From: Acidobacteriota bacterium
Lineage (GTDB): Bacteria; Acidobacteriota; Blastocatellia; RBC074
Assembly (NCBI GenBank): GCA_031423495.1
Contig: JANPFP010000001.1
Location: forward strand, 32,030-96,029
Length of the DNA stretch: 64,000 nt
Direction of reading: 5' to 3'
The notes below the pieces were generated by a model that saw only the letters and a program-made list of their open reading frames with translations, made no database searches and was not told the origin of the DNA. A program made the translations under genes and the position numbers. Positions 42,812 to 53,415 of this stretch are shown one piece after another (positions within the stretch are counted from its first letter, which is position 1; each line of letters opens with the position of its first letter).

Positions 42812-42860
42812 ACCGATTTCACAAGGTGATTGGGGACTTTCGCCACGCTGGCTGGGGAAA

Positions 42861-43343
42861 TTAACTGTCTTGCCGACCTTTGCTCACAACTTTGAACACG
42901 GGAAAGTCCGCCGCGATCTTTTCAAATTCCGCGAGCGGCGCGTCTTTGCTCACGGGCACATGCGGACGCGCGCCGGGCGCTCGTTGCAGGTAAGCCTTGA
43001 TGATCGGCGCGCGTAGTTCGAGGGGAACATCTTCGAGTCGTATCTCTTCACGACCACCGCTGCGCAGCGCCGCTTTGCCTCCGGCTGCGCGAACGTTGCG
43101 AACCCATTGCCCGTCATTGCCGAGCATTGACACCAAATAGCGCTGCCCTTCAACGACAGCGACAACCACGGGCAACGAAAAAACTTTGCCTGACTTTCGC
43201 CCGATCACTTCCAACGCCAAGAGGTAATTGGGGGTGATGCCAGACGCTCCCACCGCAGCCCACATGCGATTGAGGAGGCTCGCAATCCAGCCGGGTCGTC
43301 GCCCCCTATATAACCAGTGTGTGAATTCGGCCAGCATAACCAT
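42861..43343 (-). CDS. nitroreductase-family deazaflavin-dependent oxidoreductase-like protein (DUF385/PNPOx-like)
   Basis: ~160 aa split-barrel-like protein (..GRKSGKVFSLPVVVAVVEGQRYLVSMLGNDGQWVRNVRAAGG..); RBS aaggag. Confidence 0.55.
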   Translation of the reverse strand: MVMLAEFTHWLYRGRRPGWIASLLNRMWAAVGASGITPNYLLALEVIGRKSGKVFSLPVVVAVVEGQRYLVSMLGNDGQWVRNVRAAGGKAALRSGGREEIRLEDVPLELRAPIIKAYLQRAPGARPHVPVSKDAPLAEFEKIAADFPVFKVVSKGRQDS

Positions 43344-43368
43344 TGCTCCTTCTTTGCTCTCGCTTGAG

Positions 43369-44850
43369 CTAAAGCCCGTCCGGCAAAATGACGAATTGAA
43401 AGGTGCTATCGCGGCTTGGCAGATACGCCGCATCGCCGCCATAACGCACAGTGATCCAGTGAATGCCCGCTTTGAAGCGGTTCGTTGAAAACCTCGCCTT
43501 GCCATTCGTCAGTGAAAGCGGCGGGCTGATGGGTACACCGTTTTCCCACAATTGCACTTGGCCGGTTGGCGTGCCGCTGCTGCTTGTCGCGGCATTGACG
43601 AAGATTCTGAATTGGATTGCTTGCCCAACCTTGGCTGGATTAGGCAGCGAATCCAGTCGCGTGTTGGTGGCGTCACGAATGACTGCCGTGCAAGTGTTGG
43701 TGAATACGTCAACGTGGCCGAGTGGGCTGCCTGCGATGTTATTTGCCGTAACCAAATCGGGGCTGCCGTCGCCATTGACATCGCGCGCCGCCAACACCGT
43801 CGGCGCGGCTCCGATCACCAGCAGTTCTTTCAGATGAAAGCCGCCCATGCCATCGCCCGACAGAATTTCTATGGTGTCAGTACTTTCGCGCGCCGCCGCC
43901 AGATCAAGCCATCCGTCGCGATTGAAATCGGCGGCCTGCATGTTTGAAAGCGGAACTGCTACACCGAATATCGTCACGTGACCGTCGTTCCACCACACTT
44001 CGATGAAGTTGTGTCCCTGACGCTGAAAGGCATAAGCCAAATCAGGCCGCCCGTCGCGATTGAAATCGCCAGCGATCAAGGAAACAGGGCGTCCAGCGAC
44101 GCGGAGACTGTTCGTTACGCTAAAGCCGCCCGCGCCATCTCCCTGCCAGACTGACACGAAATCAGATTGCACCGTCGCCAGATCAACCTGGCCGTCGCCA
44201 TTGAAATCAGCCAGCGCGAGCAAGTGCGGAAACGCCGTCTCAACCAATTTCCACGGGCAAAAGAGATTCACCTCATCGCCCAGCAACACCGCGAGTCCGG
44301 TTACCCCATCGGTGATTCCGACGACTAGATCAAGCTTGCCGTCGCGATTGAAATCAGCCGCCGCGATGGAAAACGCATCGGGCAATCCGAACCAGCGCGA
44401 GGCGCTGAAACGTCCGTTGCCTTCACCCGGCCAGACGACGACGCCGTGCAACACCGTGCCATTGTGATAAAGCGCCGCGAGGTCGGCATGACCGTCGCCG
44501 TTGAAATCTCCGCTGACGATTCCATCCGCTTGCGCAAAACCATTGAAATCGAGCGCGAGCCTCACAGCATTGCTGAAGCTTCCATCCCCCATGCCCATCC
44601 ATACGGACACAGCATCAACGCTGGTCACTGCAGCGAGATCAGGCTTGCCGTCGCGATTGAAATCAGCCACCGCCGCCGCGTTCACCTTGCGCGCCGTCAA
44701 CGCATTCCAGCGGCTGGATACATCGAACGGTAAACTGTCGCAGCCTGCCGAGGCAGATGACTGTGCGTATGTGACGACACTGATCAGTAGGCAAAGCAAG
44801 GTCGTCATTGTGAATATAAGCGCCAATCGGTAAGGGCTTTCATTGCACAT
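43369..44850 (-). CDS. secreted FG-GAP/VCBS repeat protein with C-terminal Ig-like domain
   Basis: signal peptide; 8 or more repeats of ADFN(R/G)DG.(P/L)DLA; RBS gaggtagg. Confidence 0.75.
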   Translation of the reverse strand: MCNESPYRLALIFTMTTLLCLLISVVTYAQSSASAGCDSLPFDVSSRWNALTARKVNAAAVADFNRDGKPDLAAVTSVDAVSVWMGMGDGSFSNAVRLALDFNGFAQADGIVSGDFNGDGHADLAALYHNGTVLHGVVVWPGEGNGRFSASRWFGLPDAFSIAAADFNRDGKLDLVVGITDGVTGLAVLLGDEVNLFCPWKLVETAFPHLLALADFNGDGQVDLATVQSDFVSVWQGDGAGGFSVTNSLRVAGRPVSLIAGDFNRDGRPDLAYAFQRQGHNFIEVWWNDGHVTIFGVAVPLSNMQAADFNRDGWLDLAAARESTDTIEILSGDGMGGFHLKELLVIGAAPTVLAARDVNGDGSPDLVTANNIAGSPLGHVDVFTNTCTAVIRDATNTRLDSLPNPAKVGQAIQFRIFVNAATSSSGTPTGQVQLWENGVPISPPLSLTNGKARFSTNRFKAGIHWITVRYGGDAAYLPSRDSTFQFVILPDGL

Positions 44851-44864
44851 TGCCTACCTCACTT

Positions 44865-45581
44865 TCATCTGTGGCCTTTCAACAGATAGACCAGAAAAAA
44901 TCCTTCGATCGCTCCGACCACTGCGCCGGTAACGGCGAGCGTCGCGGCAATGAACAGGCCGGCTCGCCAACCGACGCCGAGTTGTCCCGTGATTCCAACG
45001 CCCATAAAGATCAATGGCATCCCTGCTGCCCAGGCCAACGCATTTGCAGGCAGCCACCAAACAGCGTGGCTCACGTGGCGGCGCAGCACGCGCCATTGCG
45101 GCAGCGCGAGAATTATTCCGAGTGCCGCGCCCATGGCCGCCGCCAAGCCAAACATCAACGCATCGTTCATCGCTGGCGGAGGGCCGCTCGCACCTGTCGC
45201 GCTCAAGTTAATGATCGTACTTGGCAACATTCCCAACATCCATGCGATGAAGGCTCCCAACGCGGTTGCGCCAATCCAGACGCGCGCCATCAACGTTTCG
45301 AGGTATGAGCGCAACACACGCCATTGTGCGTAACCGACGATAACGCCTTCGGCCACGCCGATCATCACCATCAAGCTGGCTACTGCCAATACGCCCGCAG
45401 TGCTACGCGGCTCGCCCATCAGCAACATCACTCCAATGCCGATGGCTGCCGCCAATCCCAAACCGAACAACTCACCGAGCGCGTTGGCCACTATCCAGCG
45501 CCGCCACAAACGCCAATGCCAGTGCGTTGGTGACGGCACGGCAGGCGTCAACCAATACGGGTTGTTCAGCGTCAGTTTCAT
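44865..45581 (-). CDS. hypothetical polytopic membrane protein (internally duplicated)
   Basis: two similar 4-TM halves each containing PQWRVLR. Confidence 0.5.
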   Translation of the reverse strand: MKLTLNNPYWLTPAVPSPTHWHWRLWRRWIVANALGELFGLGLAAAIGIGVMLLMGEPRSTAGVLAVASLMVMIGVAEGVIVGYAQWRVLRSYLETLMARVWIGATALGAFIAWMLGMLPSTIINLSATGASGPPPAMNDALMFGLAAAMGAALGIILALPQWRVLRRHVSHAVWWLPANALAWAAGMPLIFMGVGITGQLGVGWRAGLFIAATLAVTGAVVGAIEGFFLVYLLKGHR

Positions 45582-45970
45582 ATCACGCCACCTTTCCATT
45601 CAGGCGGCGCAGACTGGGCGTGCCGCCCTTCCCACCACCAGCAGAAAGCGAACAACAGTGCCGGAATCGCCGTGAGGACAATGAGTGGCAGCGCCTCACG
45701 GCTGGCGGTTTGAGTGAAGAACAGTGCGCCGCTGACGACGACCAGCAAGCTGCCTGCCAGTTCCCAACGCAACGCGATGAGCAAGCCCGCCAGCATCAAC
45801 AGATGCAAACCTTGCAACAGCCACACCGACAGCGGCGGTCGTTGCGGCGCGTTAAAGAACCATTCGAGATGCTCGACGAAAAATGCGCCCCACAAGAGAA
45901 ACAACATCACGCTCAAGCCGCGCGCCGTCCAGCGCACGACGGGCAATAATTCAAATTGACGAGTTTCCAT
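45578..45970 (-). CDS. hypothetical membrane protein
   Basis: RBS aaaggagg; 4-nt overlap with downstream gene. Confidence 0.5.
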   Translation of the reverse strand: METRQFELLPVVRWTARGLSVMLFLLWGAFFVEHLEWFFNAPQRPPLSVWLLQGLHLLMLAGLLIALRWELAGSLLVVVSGALFFTQTASREALPLIVLTAIPALLFAFCWWWEGRHAQSAPPEWKGGVI

Positions 45971-45999
45971 CTCAGCCTCCTTTTTGCAGGGGATTGCGA

Positions 46000-46926
46000 T
46001 CAGGTTGCGCTATGCGCTGCCAGCATCTGTTGCGGCATGGGCGCGGCAGGGCGCGCGGCAGCCTGTTCAAAATAAAACTGCGTACATTCCGACTCGCGCC
46101 CGCGCACGATGCGACGGCCTGCCAGCGGGCCGAACTCGGCGGTTATGACGGTGCATTGCCGTTCGCCCCCGTAGCCGTTGTAATCGCCATCGTAGTAAAT
46201 CACGACCCAGTCGCGCGTCTTGCCTGCTTGATGCGCGTGTGCCGTGTTGGAAAACAGCGCCGTGTAATGCCGCTCGCCGCGCACCGCATGCAAAATCGGC
46301 AGCCACGCTTCCTGTTGCGGATTGAAGCGGCGCGGCGCGATTTTCGTCAGTTCATCTTTGTGAGCTTTGGTGCGGTACTCCTCATCCACACTGAGAATTT
46401 CACTCACCGTAGGCGCGGGCATCTGCGAGTCCCCCACAGACCTACGCACACGCCCCAGTCGGCTTGCCAACGAATCGCGGATGCCCGCGACACTTTTGCC
46501 GCCGAATCCTTTCAGTTCAAACAAGCGTCCGTCGTGCGCAGCGGCTTCAAGTTCTTCGAGCGAATGAATGTGAAGCTCTTCGTGCAAACGCTCCGCCAGT
46601 CGCTTGCCGATGCCTGTCACCGAAGCCAACGCCTCGACCGGATCGCCCTCGCCGCGCAAACGATCAAGCATAGGCAGTCGCCCTGTCTTCACCATTTGAT
46701 GCAACGAACGCGAAAGGCTCTCGCCAATGCCGGGCAGTTCGCGCAAGCCAGGGAGACCTTTCTCTTTCACCAATTCATCCAGCGGGCGCGGCCAGTTCAG
46801 CACGGTCAGCGCGGCGCGGCGATAGGCTTCGACGCGAAAGCGATTGGCCTGTTGGGCTTCGAGTACGTCGGCGACTTCGGCCAGCCGCGCGGCAATTTCA
46901 GTGTTGATGCGATGAAGCTCAGACAT
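46000..46926 (-). CDS. helix-hairpin-helix protein with PolX (Pol beta-like) N-terminal region and an uncharacterised C-terminal domain
   Basis: N-terminal ~170 aa resembles the 8-kDa plus fingers HhH region of PolX (FRVEAYRRAA...LPGIGESL...VTGIGKRLAERL); no nucleotidyltransferase palm recognisable. Confidence 0.45.
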   Translation of the reverse strand: MSELHRINTEIAARLAEVADVLEAQQANRFRVEAYRRAALTVLNWPRPLDELVKEKGLPGLRELPGIGESLSRSLHQMVKTGRLPMLDRLRGEGDPVEALASVTGIGKRLAERLHEELHIHSLEELEAAAHDGRLFELKGFGGKSVAGIRDSLASRLGRVRRSVGDSQMPAPTVSEILSVDEEYRTKAHKDELTKIAPRRFNPQQEAWLPILHAVRGERHYTALFSNTAHAHQAGKTRDWVVIYYDGDYNGYGGERQCTVITAEFGPLAGRRIVRGRESECTQFYFEQAAARPAAPMPQQMLAAHSAT

Positions 46927-47000
46927 ACGCTTGTTCCTCGCTTAACGTTTGCTATCCCGTGCGACCACAATCGGCTTTGATGGCGGAGCTGGGCGCGCAC

Positions 47001-47441
47001 TCAGCCAAACCTTGACGGGATTGCTGTGGCCCCGTCCTGCACCCGCACCCAGATCAGGTAATAGCCCTCGTTGATCGAAAGCGGCGCGACGCCTTCCAAT
47101 CGCTCAGGGCTGGCGGACGTGAGATGAATCTCGCCTGCGTATTCACACAGCGGTGGTGGCAATTGCGGCGTATCCGTAAAGATGCGCAAGCTCACGCGAT
47201 TCTTAGCCAGCGCCGATGAAAAATTTTTACCGAGCAGCGTGACCTTTTTGCCCGGACGCAAATGCGGCTCGCCATTCGCGCCGACGGGTTGCACGCTCAG
47301 AATTTCAGGCGCAGCCGATTCATTGGGCGGCTTGACCGACTGACCGTGGACAATGGCAGTTGACCAGCCCAACGCCAGGCAGCCCAACGCCAGACAAGTC
47401 AGCGCACTGGTTGTCAGCATGATTTTTCTCGTGTTGTTCAT
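47001..47441 (-). CDS. hypothetical secreted protein/lipoprotein
   Basis: signal peptide MNNTRKIMLTTSALTCLALGCLALG; RBS aaggagg. Confidence 0.5.
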   Translation of the reverse strand: MNNTRKIMLTTSALTCLALGCLALGWSTAIVHGQSVKPPNESAAPEILSVQPVGANGEPHLRPGKKVTLLGKNFSSALAKNRVSLRIFTDTPQLPPPLCEYAGEIHLTSASPERLEGVAPLSINEGYYLIWVRVQDGATAIPSRFG

Positions 47442-47659
47442 AAGTCCTCCTTTTTGAGAATCAAACAAACAAGGTACTGCAACTGTCAGACCATTGCGTT
47501 TGGTGGTGATAAAGCTGAATTTTTCGCAGTAGATGAAAGGCGATTGATGGATTTCGCGCGGCTTGAATGGCAAGACCCAACGGGACGCCAAGATGCGGCT
47601 CTCCGTTGGGTCTTAGTGGACACTGCCTTGAATGCAGGTCGCTGGGTAGGAAGCAAAAC

Positions 47660-48073
47660 TCAGTGATGATGCTGTTGATAGTTGATGAGATGGCCTTCGG
47701 CGTCACCGACGAATTGAATCTCTCTCACGATCGGAGTCGCGATACCAAACCCAGCGCCGTGATAGCTGATCTTAAACGCAGCCGCTTTGTCACGCGCGAC
47801 CGGCTCGCAATGAAAGGTCGTCACGAGTTTGCCGCGTACGCCTTTATCGTAGGTGTAAACGAAGAAGCATGGCTTGCCCTGTTCCATCAACGCGCCGTCA
47901 TGCACGATAAGGTAATCACCACTTAACAAGGCTCCATGCAAAGCCACTGTGCGTTCAAAACGCACTACGACTTGCTGTTTCTCTTCGATCACCGGGTTGG
48001 CGAAAGCAGCCGTCGCAACTCCGAATGAACAAACCAACGCAACTGACATCAGAAATTTAGAAAAGCTATTCAT
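47660..48073 (-). CDS. hypothetical secreted protein
   Basis: signal peptide, C-terminal HHH; RBS aaaggagg. Confidence 0.5.
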   Translation of the reverse strand: MNSFSKFLMSVALVCSFGVATAAFANPVIEEKQQVVVRFERTVALHGALLSGDYLIVHDGALMEQGKPCFFVYTYDKGVRGKLVTTFHCEPVARDKAAAFKISYHGAGFGIATPIVREIQFVGDAEGHLINYQQHHH

Positions 48074-48394
48074 AACGATACCTCCTTTACGTTTTGGACG
48101 CGCACCGGAAGGCCTCTAACGAGGTCGTAATGATGCGAAAGAAAAGTCTCTTTCTGTTTTGCGCTCCGATGTCGCGTCCGTCTTGCTTGCTGCAAATAAC
48201 ACGCCAACAAAAATCAGCCTGCCTTTGAGGAATCTCGCGCAAGCCGCGCGTCAATTTGCGCTAAATTCGGTAAGGCTGCGCAGTTCAAAGCGGCGATTCA
48301 CTCACAATGCACGCGGCATCACGATTGCACTGCTGAACTGGTGAAGCGCTGATTAGCGGCGAATTTCGTTTATCACTAGAGGAGTAAAAACAAT

Positions 48395-48724
48395 ATGACC
48401 GCAACCGCCCCGACTAAAGAATCAACTGGCATTTTGGAAAAGAGCTTGCACGTAGGCGAACGAGTCGCCCAAGCCGTAATCCAAACCGAACGTGTCAAAG
48501 ACCAACTTACGCACGCGGTAGAAGACTTGAAAGTAGACGTGAAGGCCGAAGCCCAGCGCGCGATCAAACGCACGCGCCGCGTGGCAGAAGACTTGACCGA
48601 AGACACCGCCTATCGCATCAAGCACGATCCGTTCCGCGCCGTGGCTTGTACGTTCGGTGCGGGCTTCGCGCTGGGCGCGTTAGCGAGTTGGGCCGTAACG
48701 CGACGCCAAAAGGAATGCGTATGA
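48395..48724 (+). CDS. DUF883 (YqjD/ElaB-like) membrane-anchored protein
   Basis: coiled-coil N-terminus and C-terminal TM (FRAVACTFGAGFALGALASWAV) typical of ElaB/YqjD. Confidence 0.65.
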   Translation: MTATAPTKESTGILEKSLHVGERVAQAVIQTERVKDQLTHAVEDLKVDVKAEAQRAIKRTRRVAEDLTEDTAYRIKHDPFRAVACTFGAGFALGALASWAVTRRQKECV

Positions 48725-48828
48725 GAAACAACTTCATCAAAAAAGAACACGCGCATTGGTGGATGATCGCCGTCGCGATTGTGTTCGGCATCGTCGTTTT
48801 CTTTGCCTATCACCTACACGCCTACTAA
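48721..48828 (+). CDS. candidate 35-aa single-TM peptide (MRNNFIKKEHAHWWMIAVAIVFGIVVFFAYHLHAY)
   Basis: ATG overlaps the DUF883 stop (gtatga). Confidence 0.35.
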   Translation: MRNNFIKKEHAHWWMIAVAIVFGIVVFFAYHLHAY

Positions 48829-49023
48829 CTCATTCATAGTGATGAGGCCTCGGCCATTTTCTAAACTCTGTGTCGGCTCCGTCTCGGCCCTCATAGCCGG
48901 GAACCATCCTTTGTGAGTGATGGTGAAATTTCCGCATCACATTCAACCAACCCGCCGGGAACGATACTTGCTGCGGCATTTTACGTAGTTACATTTCATC
49001 AAAAATAAATCACGAGGATAAAG

Positions 49024-50931
49024 ATGGGCGAGCATAACATTTCTTCCATGCACGACCTGCAACAATCACAGCAGTTCATGCATGCCTTACTCAACGATCT
49101 GACTGCGTTAGAGCGAATGATTGAAAGCGGACGTATCGAAACCGGTGTGCGTCGCATAGGCGCTGAACAGGAGATGTTTCTGGTGGATGCCGGAATGCGC
49201 CCTGCCTCAGTCGCGCCGCAGGTATTGGATGCGTTGAATGAGCCGCGCCTGACGACTGAAATTGGACGCTTTAACCTCGAAGCCAATTTATCACCGCAAC
49301 TATTTGCTGGCGGATGTTTGCGCGCGATGGAACAAGAGTTGATTGAATTGGTCGCCTTGGCGCGTCGCGGCGCAGCAATGCAACAAGCTGACATTGTGTT
49401 GACCGGCATCTTGCCAACGATTCGACAGTCTGATCTGGCAATCGAAAACCTCTCGCCTGGCCCGCGATACGAGGAACTGAATCAAGTGTTGCAACGATTG
49501 CGGGGCAATCATTTTAATTTACACATCAAAGGGCTAGACGAATTGCAACTCACGCACGATAACGTCTTGCTCGAAGCCTGTTGCACGAGCTTCCAGGTGC
49601 ATTTGCAAGTAGGCCCCTCGGAATTCGCACAGCTTTATAATTTGGCACAGGTCATCACTGCGCCGGTGTTGGCCGCTGCCGCCAATGCGCCATTACTGAT
49701 GGGGCATCGGCTTTGGCACGAGACACGGATCCCGCTGTTTCAAAACGCGGTGGATGAACGCTCTGACGCGCGGCAGTTACGCTCACATCCGCCGCGCGTC
49801 AGTTTTGGCGAAAGCTGGGTCAAGGATTCAGTACTCGAAATTTTCCGCGAAGAAATCGCACGCTTTCGCGTCGTGCTGACCAAACACATAGAAGAAGACG
49901 CACTAGCGGTTTTAGCGTCAGGCACCTTGCCTGAATTGACGGCGCTCCGTTTGCATAACGGTACGGTTTGGCGCTGGAACCGCCCTTGTTATGGCGTGGC
50001 TGGTGGCATCGCGCATTTGCGCATCGAAAACCGTGTCATTCCTGCGGGGCCTTCCATCATTGATGAAATGGCGAATGCGGTATTCTTTCTGGGCCTGATG
50101 ACGGCCTTGCCGGAAGAGTATGGGGATGTCACGCGCCGACTAAGTTTTGATGAAGCCAAAGAAAATTTCTTCGCTGCTGCGCGACACGGCTTAAAAGCAC
50201 AACTCAACTGGATCGGCGGGCAAAGCCGGCCTGCTGCAAACTTGATTCTCGAACATCTTTTGCCGCTGGCGCGCGCCGGATTGAAATCAGTCAACATCCC
50301 AAGCGCCGACATTGACCGCTATCTGGGCGTGTTGGAAGAACGCGTTATCCGTGACCAAAACGGAGCGCAATGGACGTTGCGCTCGCTCAGCGCGCTCGGC
50401 CAACAAGGCACGCGTGAACAAAGACTCGCGGCAATAACCTCTGCGATGGTGCGCAATCAACGCAACGACAAGCCAGTCTGTGAGTGGGAACTTGCTCAGT
50501 TGGATGGCGCGCTTAAGTGGAAACACAACTACCAAACAGTTGGTCAGTTTATGTCTACCGATCTTTTCACCGTGCGGCCTGATGACTTGGTTGATTTGGC
50601 TGCGTGCGTGATGGATTGGCGGCACGTACGCCACGTTCCCGTCGAAGACGATGAAGGCCGTCTCGTTGGCCTTGTCTCGCATCGTGAACTGCTGAAATTA
50701 GTCGCACAAGGGACTGCTCGCAATGCTCAAGTTACCGTCAGCGAGGTGATGAAGCCGCAGCCATTCACCGTCACGCCGCAAACAGCTACGCTCGACGCCA
50801 TCGCGATAATGCGGCAACAAGGCATAGGCTGCCTGCCTGTGGTAGAAAACGGCAAACTCGTAGGATTAATCACTGCGCACGATTTTCTGCGGCTTTCAGC
50901 CGAGATATTGGAAGCAGAGTTAAAGTCATAA
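49024..50931 (+). CDS. glutamate-cysteine ligase family 2 (carboxylate-amine ligase) fused to a tandem CBS-domain pair
   Basis: GCL2/YbdK-like core ([11 protein letters not shown]...), C-terminal two CBS domains ([12 protein letters not shown].., [12 protein letters not shown]..). Confidence 0.7.
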   Translation: MGEHNISSMHDLQQSQQFMHALLNDLTALERMIESGRIETGVRRIGAEQEMFLVDAGMRPASVAPQVLDALNEPRLTTEIGRFNLEANLSPQLFAGGCLRAMEQELIELVALARRGAAMQQADIVLTGILPTIRQSDLAIENLSPGPRYEELNQVLQRLRGNHFNLHIKGLDELQLTHDNVLLEACCTSFQVHLQVGPSEFAQLYNLAQVITAPVLAAAANAPLLMGHRLWHETRIPLFQNAVDERSDARQLRSHPPRVSFGESWVKDSVLEIFREEIARFRVVLTKHIEEDALAVLASGTLPELTALRLHNGTVWRWNRPCYGVAGGIAHLRIENRVIPAGPSIIDEMANAVFFLGLMTALPEEYGDVTRRLSFDEAKENFFAAARHGLKAQLNWIGGQSRPAANLILEHLLPLARAGLKSVNIPSADIDRYLGVLEERVIRDQNGAQWTLRSLSALGQQGTREQRLAAITSAMVRNQRNDKPVCEWELAQLDGALKWKHNYQTVGQFMSTDLFTVRPDDLVDLAACVMDWRHVRHVPVEDDEGRLVGLVSHRELLKLVAQGTARNAQVTVSEVMKPQPFTVTPQTATLDAIAIMRQQGIGCLPVVENGKLVGLITAHDFLRLSAEILEAELKS

Positions 50932-50951
50932 GTAATTTTCAGCAAATGGCT

Positions 50952-52121
50952 TTAGTTGTTCTGCCGACGCCTTATCACGACCAGCTTGCCGCCAATCTTG
51001 GCATGCTTGCGATAGCCGAGCAGGTGACAAATTTCGATGACAAACCAACGAGCAATGCGCGTGTCAATCACCAGTGAGTTTTCATCCTCCATCACACGGC
51101 TTACGCCAGGCCACCATGCAAGAGTTCGATCTATGCCGAATTTTCGTAACCAAGCCGCCAGTTTCAACCACAACGGCTTAACGGGGCGAATCAGAAAGAA
51201 ACCGTCTTCACCCTGTGCCTGATAGAGCGGCATAAAAAGCCAGCTCCGCTCAGGCGCGCGCACTTCGCCTTTGCGTTCGGTTGCAAGCAGAATGCCGCGC
51301 TCCACTTCCTGAAAATTGACGTAACCCGGTTTCATCACGAATTCATCCTCAGGTTTGATCGCATGGCGATAACGAACTTCAAAAAACGACGGTAAGCTGC
51401 GCCGTGCTTCTATCAGGGTACGACATTGGGCGCGCCAGTGAGGCACTGCTTGACGTGGCAAACAGCCCGCCGTCACCAGCGTAATCCAGATAGCGGCTTC
51501 ATGATTTTTCAATGCCGAAGCCGAATGGTGCTGCCCGGCCTCAAAACCGAGCGCGGCGTGACCAAGGTCGTTTATGTAATTGAGCAGCGTACCTTCAATG
51601 CTTTCTTCCAGACCGAGAATAATAGGTGTGCCGAGTGCTTGTGCGAACCGGCGATTCGCCAGGGTGTCGCTGATCAAACCAAAGGGCGAACCAGCCGACG
51701 AGGTCGTATGCAAATCAAGAAAGATGGCTTGGCTGAATTTGCCAGCTAACTGAGCTTCGATTACCGCCAGCAATTCGTGCTGTTCTTTACTCTCAGCGGT
51801 TTCGATTTCTCCTAAAATGCCTTCCTTGAGTTGATAAACTCGGCTTGGCACCCACATACGATTTAAGTCGAAATCAATAAATCGCTGGCCCCGATACAAT
51901 GCTGCCACGTTGCCGGCAAGGGCGACGAGTTTGCCGTTGAAAGGCGGATGATGCTGTTGCATATGACGCAATACGTTTTGCAACGCCAGCACGCCGGCTG
52001 GTTCGTTGCCATGCATGCCGCCTGTGCAAACTACCAATGGCCCAAAAACTGTGCCGCCATAACTTCCCAAGCGCCGTTGGAACTGAGCCTCGATCTCTTT
52101 GCTTTCTCTCACAGCTAACAT
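50952..52121 (-). CDS. succinylglutamate desuccinylase/aspartoacylase family protein
   Basis: Zn-binding CTGGMHGNEPAG and downstream H/E residues of the AstE/AspA family. Confidence 0.7.
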   Translation of the reverse strand: MLAVRESKEIEAQFQRRLGSYGGTVFGPLVVCTGGMHGNEPAGVLALQNVLRHMQQHHPPFNGKLVALAGNVAALYRGQRFIDFDLNRMWVPSRVYQLKEGILGEIETAESKEQHELLAVIEAQLAGKFSQAIFLDLHTTSSAGSPFGLISDTLANRRFAQALGTPIILGLEESIEGTLLNYINDLGHAALGFEAGQHHSASALKNHEAAIWITLVTAGCLPRQAVPHWRAQCRTLIEARRSLPSFFEVRYRHAIKPEDEFVMKPGYVNFQEVERGILLATERKGEVRAPERSWLFMPLYQAQGEDGFFLIRPVKPLWLKLAAWLRKFGIDRTLAWWPGVSRVMEDENSLVIDTRIARWFVIEICHLLGYRKHAKIGGKLVVIRRRQNN

Positions 52122-52247
52122 CGAATGAACCTTACCACCTCTCTTTTCTCGGTTGTCTGCAAACACAATGCCCAACTCATTTTGCGGACTTCTGCTCAAT
52201 GAATTTGCCTTTCTGAATGCAAATTGCGCGGAATCTCCCAATAAATG

Positions 52248-52264
52248 CTGGCATCTGATTTGCT
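52248..52264 (+). promoter_or_regulatory. candidate sigma-54 promoter cTGGCATctgatTTGCT upstream of pentaheme cytochrome
   Basis: GG-N10-GC; ~65 nt upstream of the ATG at 52328. Confidence 0.5.
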
Positions 52265-52327
52265 AGCTTTCGCCATATATCCATTTGAAAAATTCGCTCA
52301 CCTGTTGGGTAGCAAAGGAGAAACATC

Positions 52328-53137
52328 ATGTTCAAACGATTGATCGTATTAGTTGCATTGCTGCCGGGTATATTCATGCTCGCCTCCAACCAACTTGAAA
52401 AAGCGGCAGCTCAGGATGTATTGGCTGCCTTCAAAGGCAATAATTGTGTCACCTGTCACGTCAGGTTGACTGCGCCATACAAAGTAACTTCGCGCTATGC
52501 TGAATGGCACATCTCAACGCACATGGATAAAAAAATTGGCTGCGAGAAATGTCATGGCGGAGACGCTGCGGTAGCGGATGCAGCTAAAGCTCATGTCGGT
52601 GTTCAATCAGCGACAAATCCAGACAGCAAATTGCACGCAAAGAATCTGGCGACGACCTGCAATGCCTGCCACAAAGAAATCACCAGCTCATTCGTCGAGA
52701 GCAAGCACTATCAAAATTTGACTGGCGCCGGACTTGGGCCGAGTTGCATTACCTGCCACGGGCATATGGCTTCTGAAGTGATTTATACGCCCGCCCAAAC
52801 CGCCAAACTTTGCGCCAGTTGCCATGATTCAACGAACGCGCTGATGCCCAAACGCCCTGAAATTCCCGGCAAAGCTGAGGTGACGATGCAAGCCATCCGT
52901 CGCGCCAATATGGTTACGCTTTGGGCTGAGAGATTGGTGAATGAAGCCAAGGAAAAAAAGATGGAGATCGCGGATGCTGAAAAAGAAATGAAGATCGTCC
53001 GCGCCATGATGGCCGAATCTGTGATCGCCTGGCACAGCTTCAACTTGGATGTTGTGCAAAGAAAAGCTGACGCTGCATTCGAAACCGGCACGAAGTTAAA
53101 AGACGAATTGCGCGCCAAGCTTTATCCGAACCGCTAA
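52328..53137 (+). CDS. membrane-anchored pentaheme c-type cytochrome
   Basis: 5 CxxCH (CVTCH, CEKCH, CNACH, CITCH, CASCH); N-terminal TM/signal anchor; paralog at 62313..63110. Confidence 0.8.
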   Translation: MFKRLIVLVALLPGIFMLASNQLEKAAAQDVLAAFKGNNCVTCHVRLTAPYKVTSRYAEWHISTHMDKKIGCEKCHGGDAAVADAAKAHVGVQSATNPDSKLHAKNLATTCNACHKEITSSFVESKHYQNLTGAGLGPSCITCHGHMASEVIYTPAQTAKLCASCHDSTNALMPKRPEIPGKAEVTMQAIRRANMVTLWAERLVNEAKEKKMEIADAEKEMKIVRAMMAESVIAWHSFNLDVVQRKADAAFETGTKLKDELRAKLYPNR

Positions 53138-53199
53138 TGACTCAATTAGCCTGCGGTTATTTGCGACCACTTCGCACTCTCTGCCACCTACAAACTAAG

Positions 53200-53245
53200 C
53201 ACAGCCAAACCATTTGGCGCGTGGTTTGGCTGTGTTCAATTTTAG
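53200..53245 (+). terminator. rho-independent terminator: 13-bp perfect stem cacagccaaacca / tggtttggctgtg plus U-tract
   Basis: read directly; 60 nt after the cytochrome stop. Confidence 0.7.
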
Positions 53246-53316
53246 CCAACCAAAAGCCGATTCCTTACATTGAGAAATCGCTTGCGGAATAGTCCCCAAC
53301 TTTGCCTTTTTCGCGG

Positions 53317-53332
53317 TGGTACGAGTGTTGCA
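53317..53332 (+). promoter_or_regulatory. candidate sigma-54 promoter TGGTACgagtgTTGCA upstream of decaheme cytochrome gene
   Basis: matches TGGCAC-N5-TTGCA at 14 of 16 positions; ~85 nt upstream of the ATG at 53416. Confidence 0.55.
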
Positions 53333-53415
53333 CTCCCCGTAGTCGAACGACTCAATTGAGTCAAAATCCGCAGCAATTATCCTTTTGCTGTAACTCTTGG
53401 ATGAGGTACTCATAA

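Noticed and set aside
48080-48394. 315-bp intergenic region between 47660..48073 and DUF883, examined for tRNA/sRNA
   Set aside because: No cloverleaf-compatible stems or anticodon-loop context were found by eye. No conserved motifs shared with other intergenic regions.
48829-49023. Imperfect hairpin tgatgaggcctcggcc...ggccctcata after the 35-aa peptide gene
   Set aside because: Arms are mismatched and there is no following U-tract, so it is not convincing as a terminator or repeat family member.
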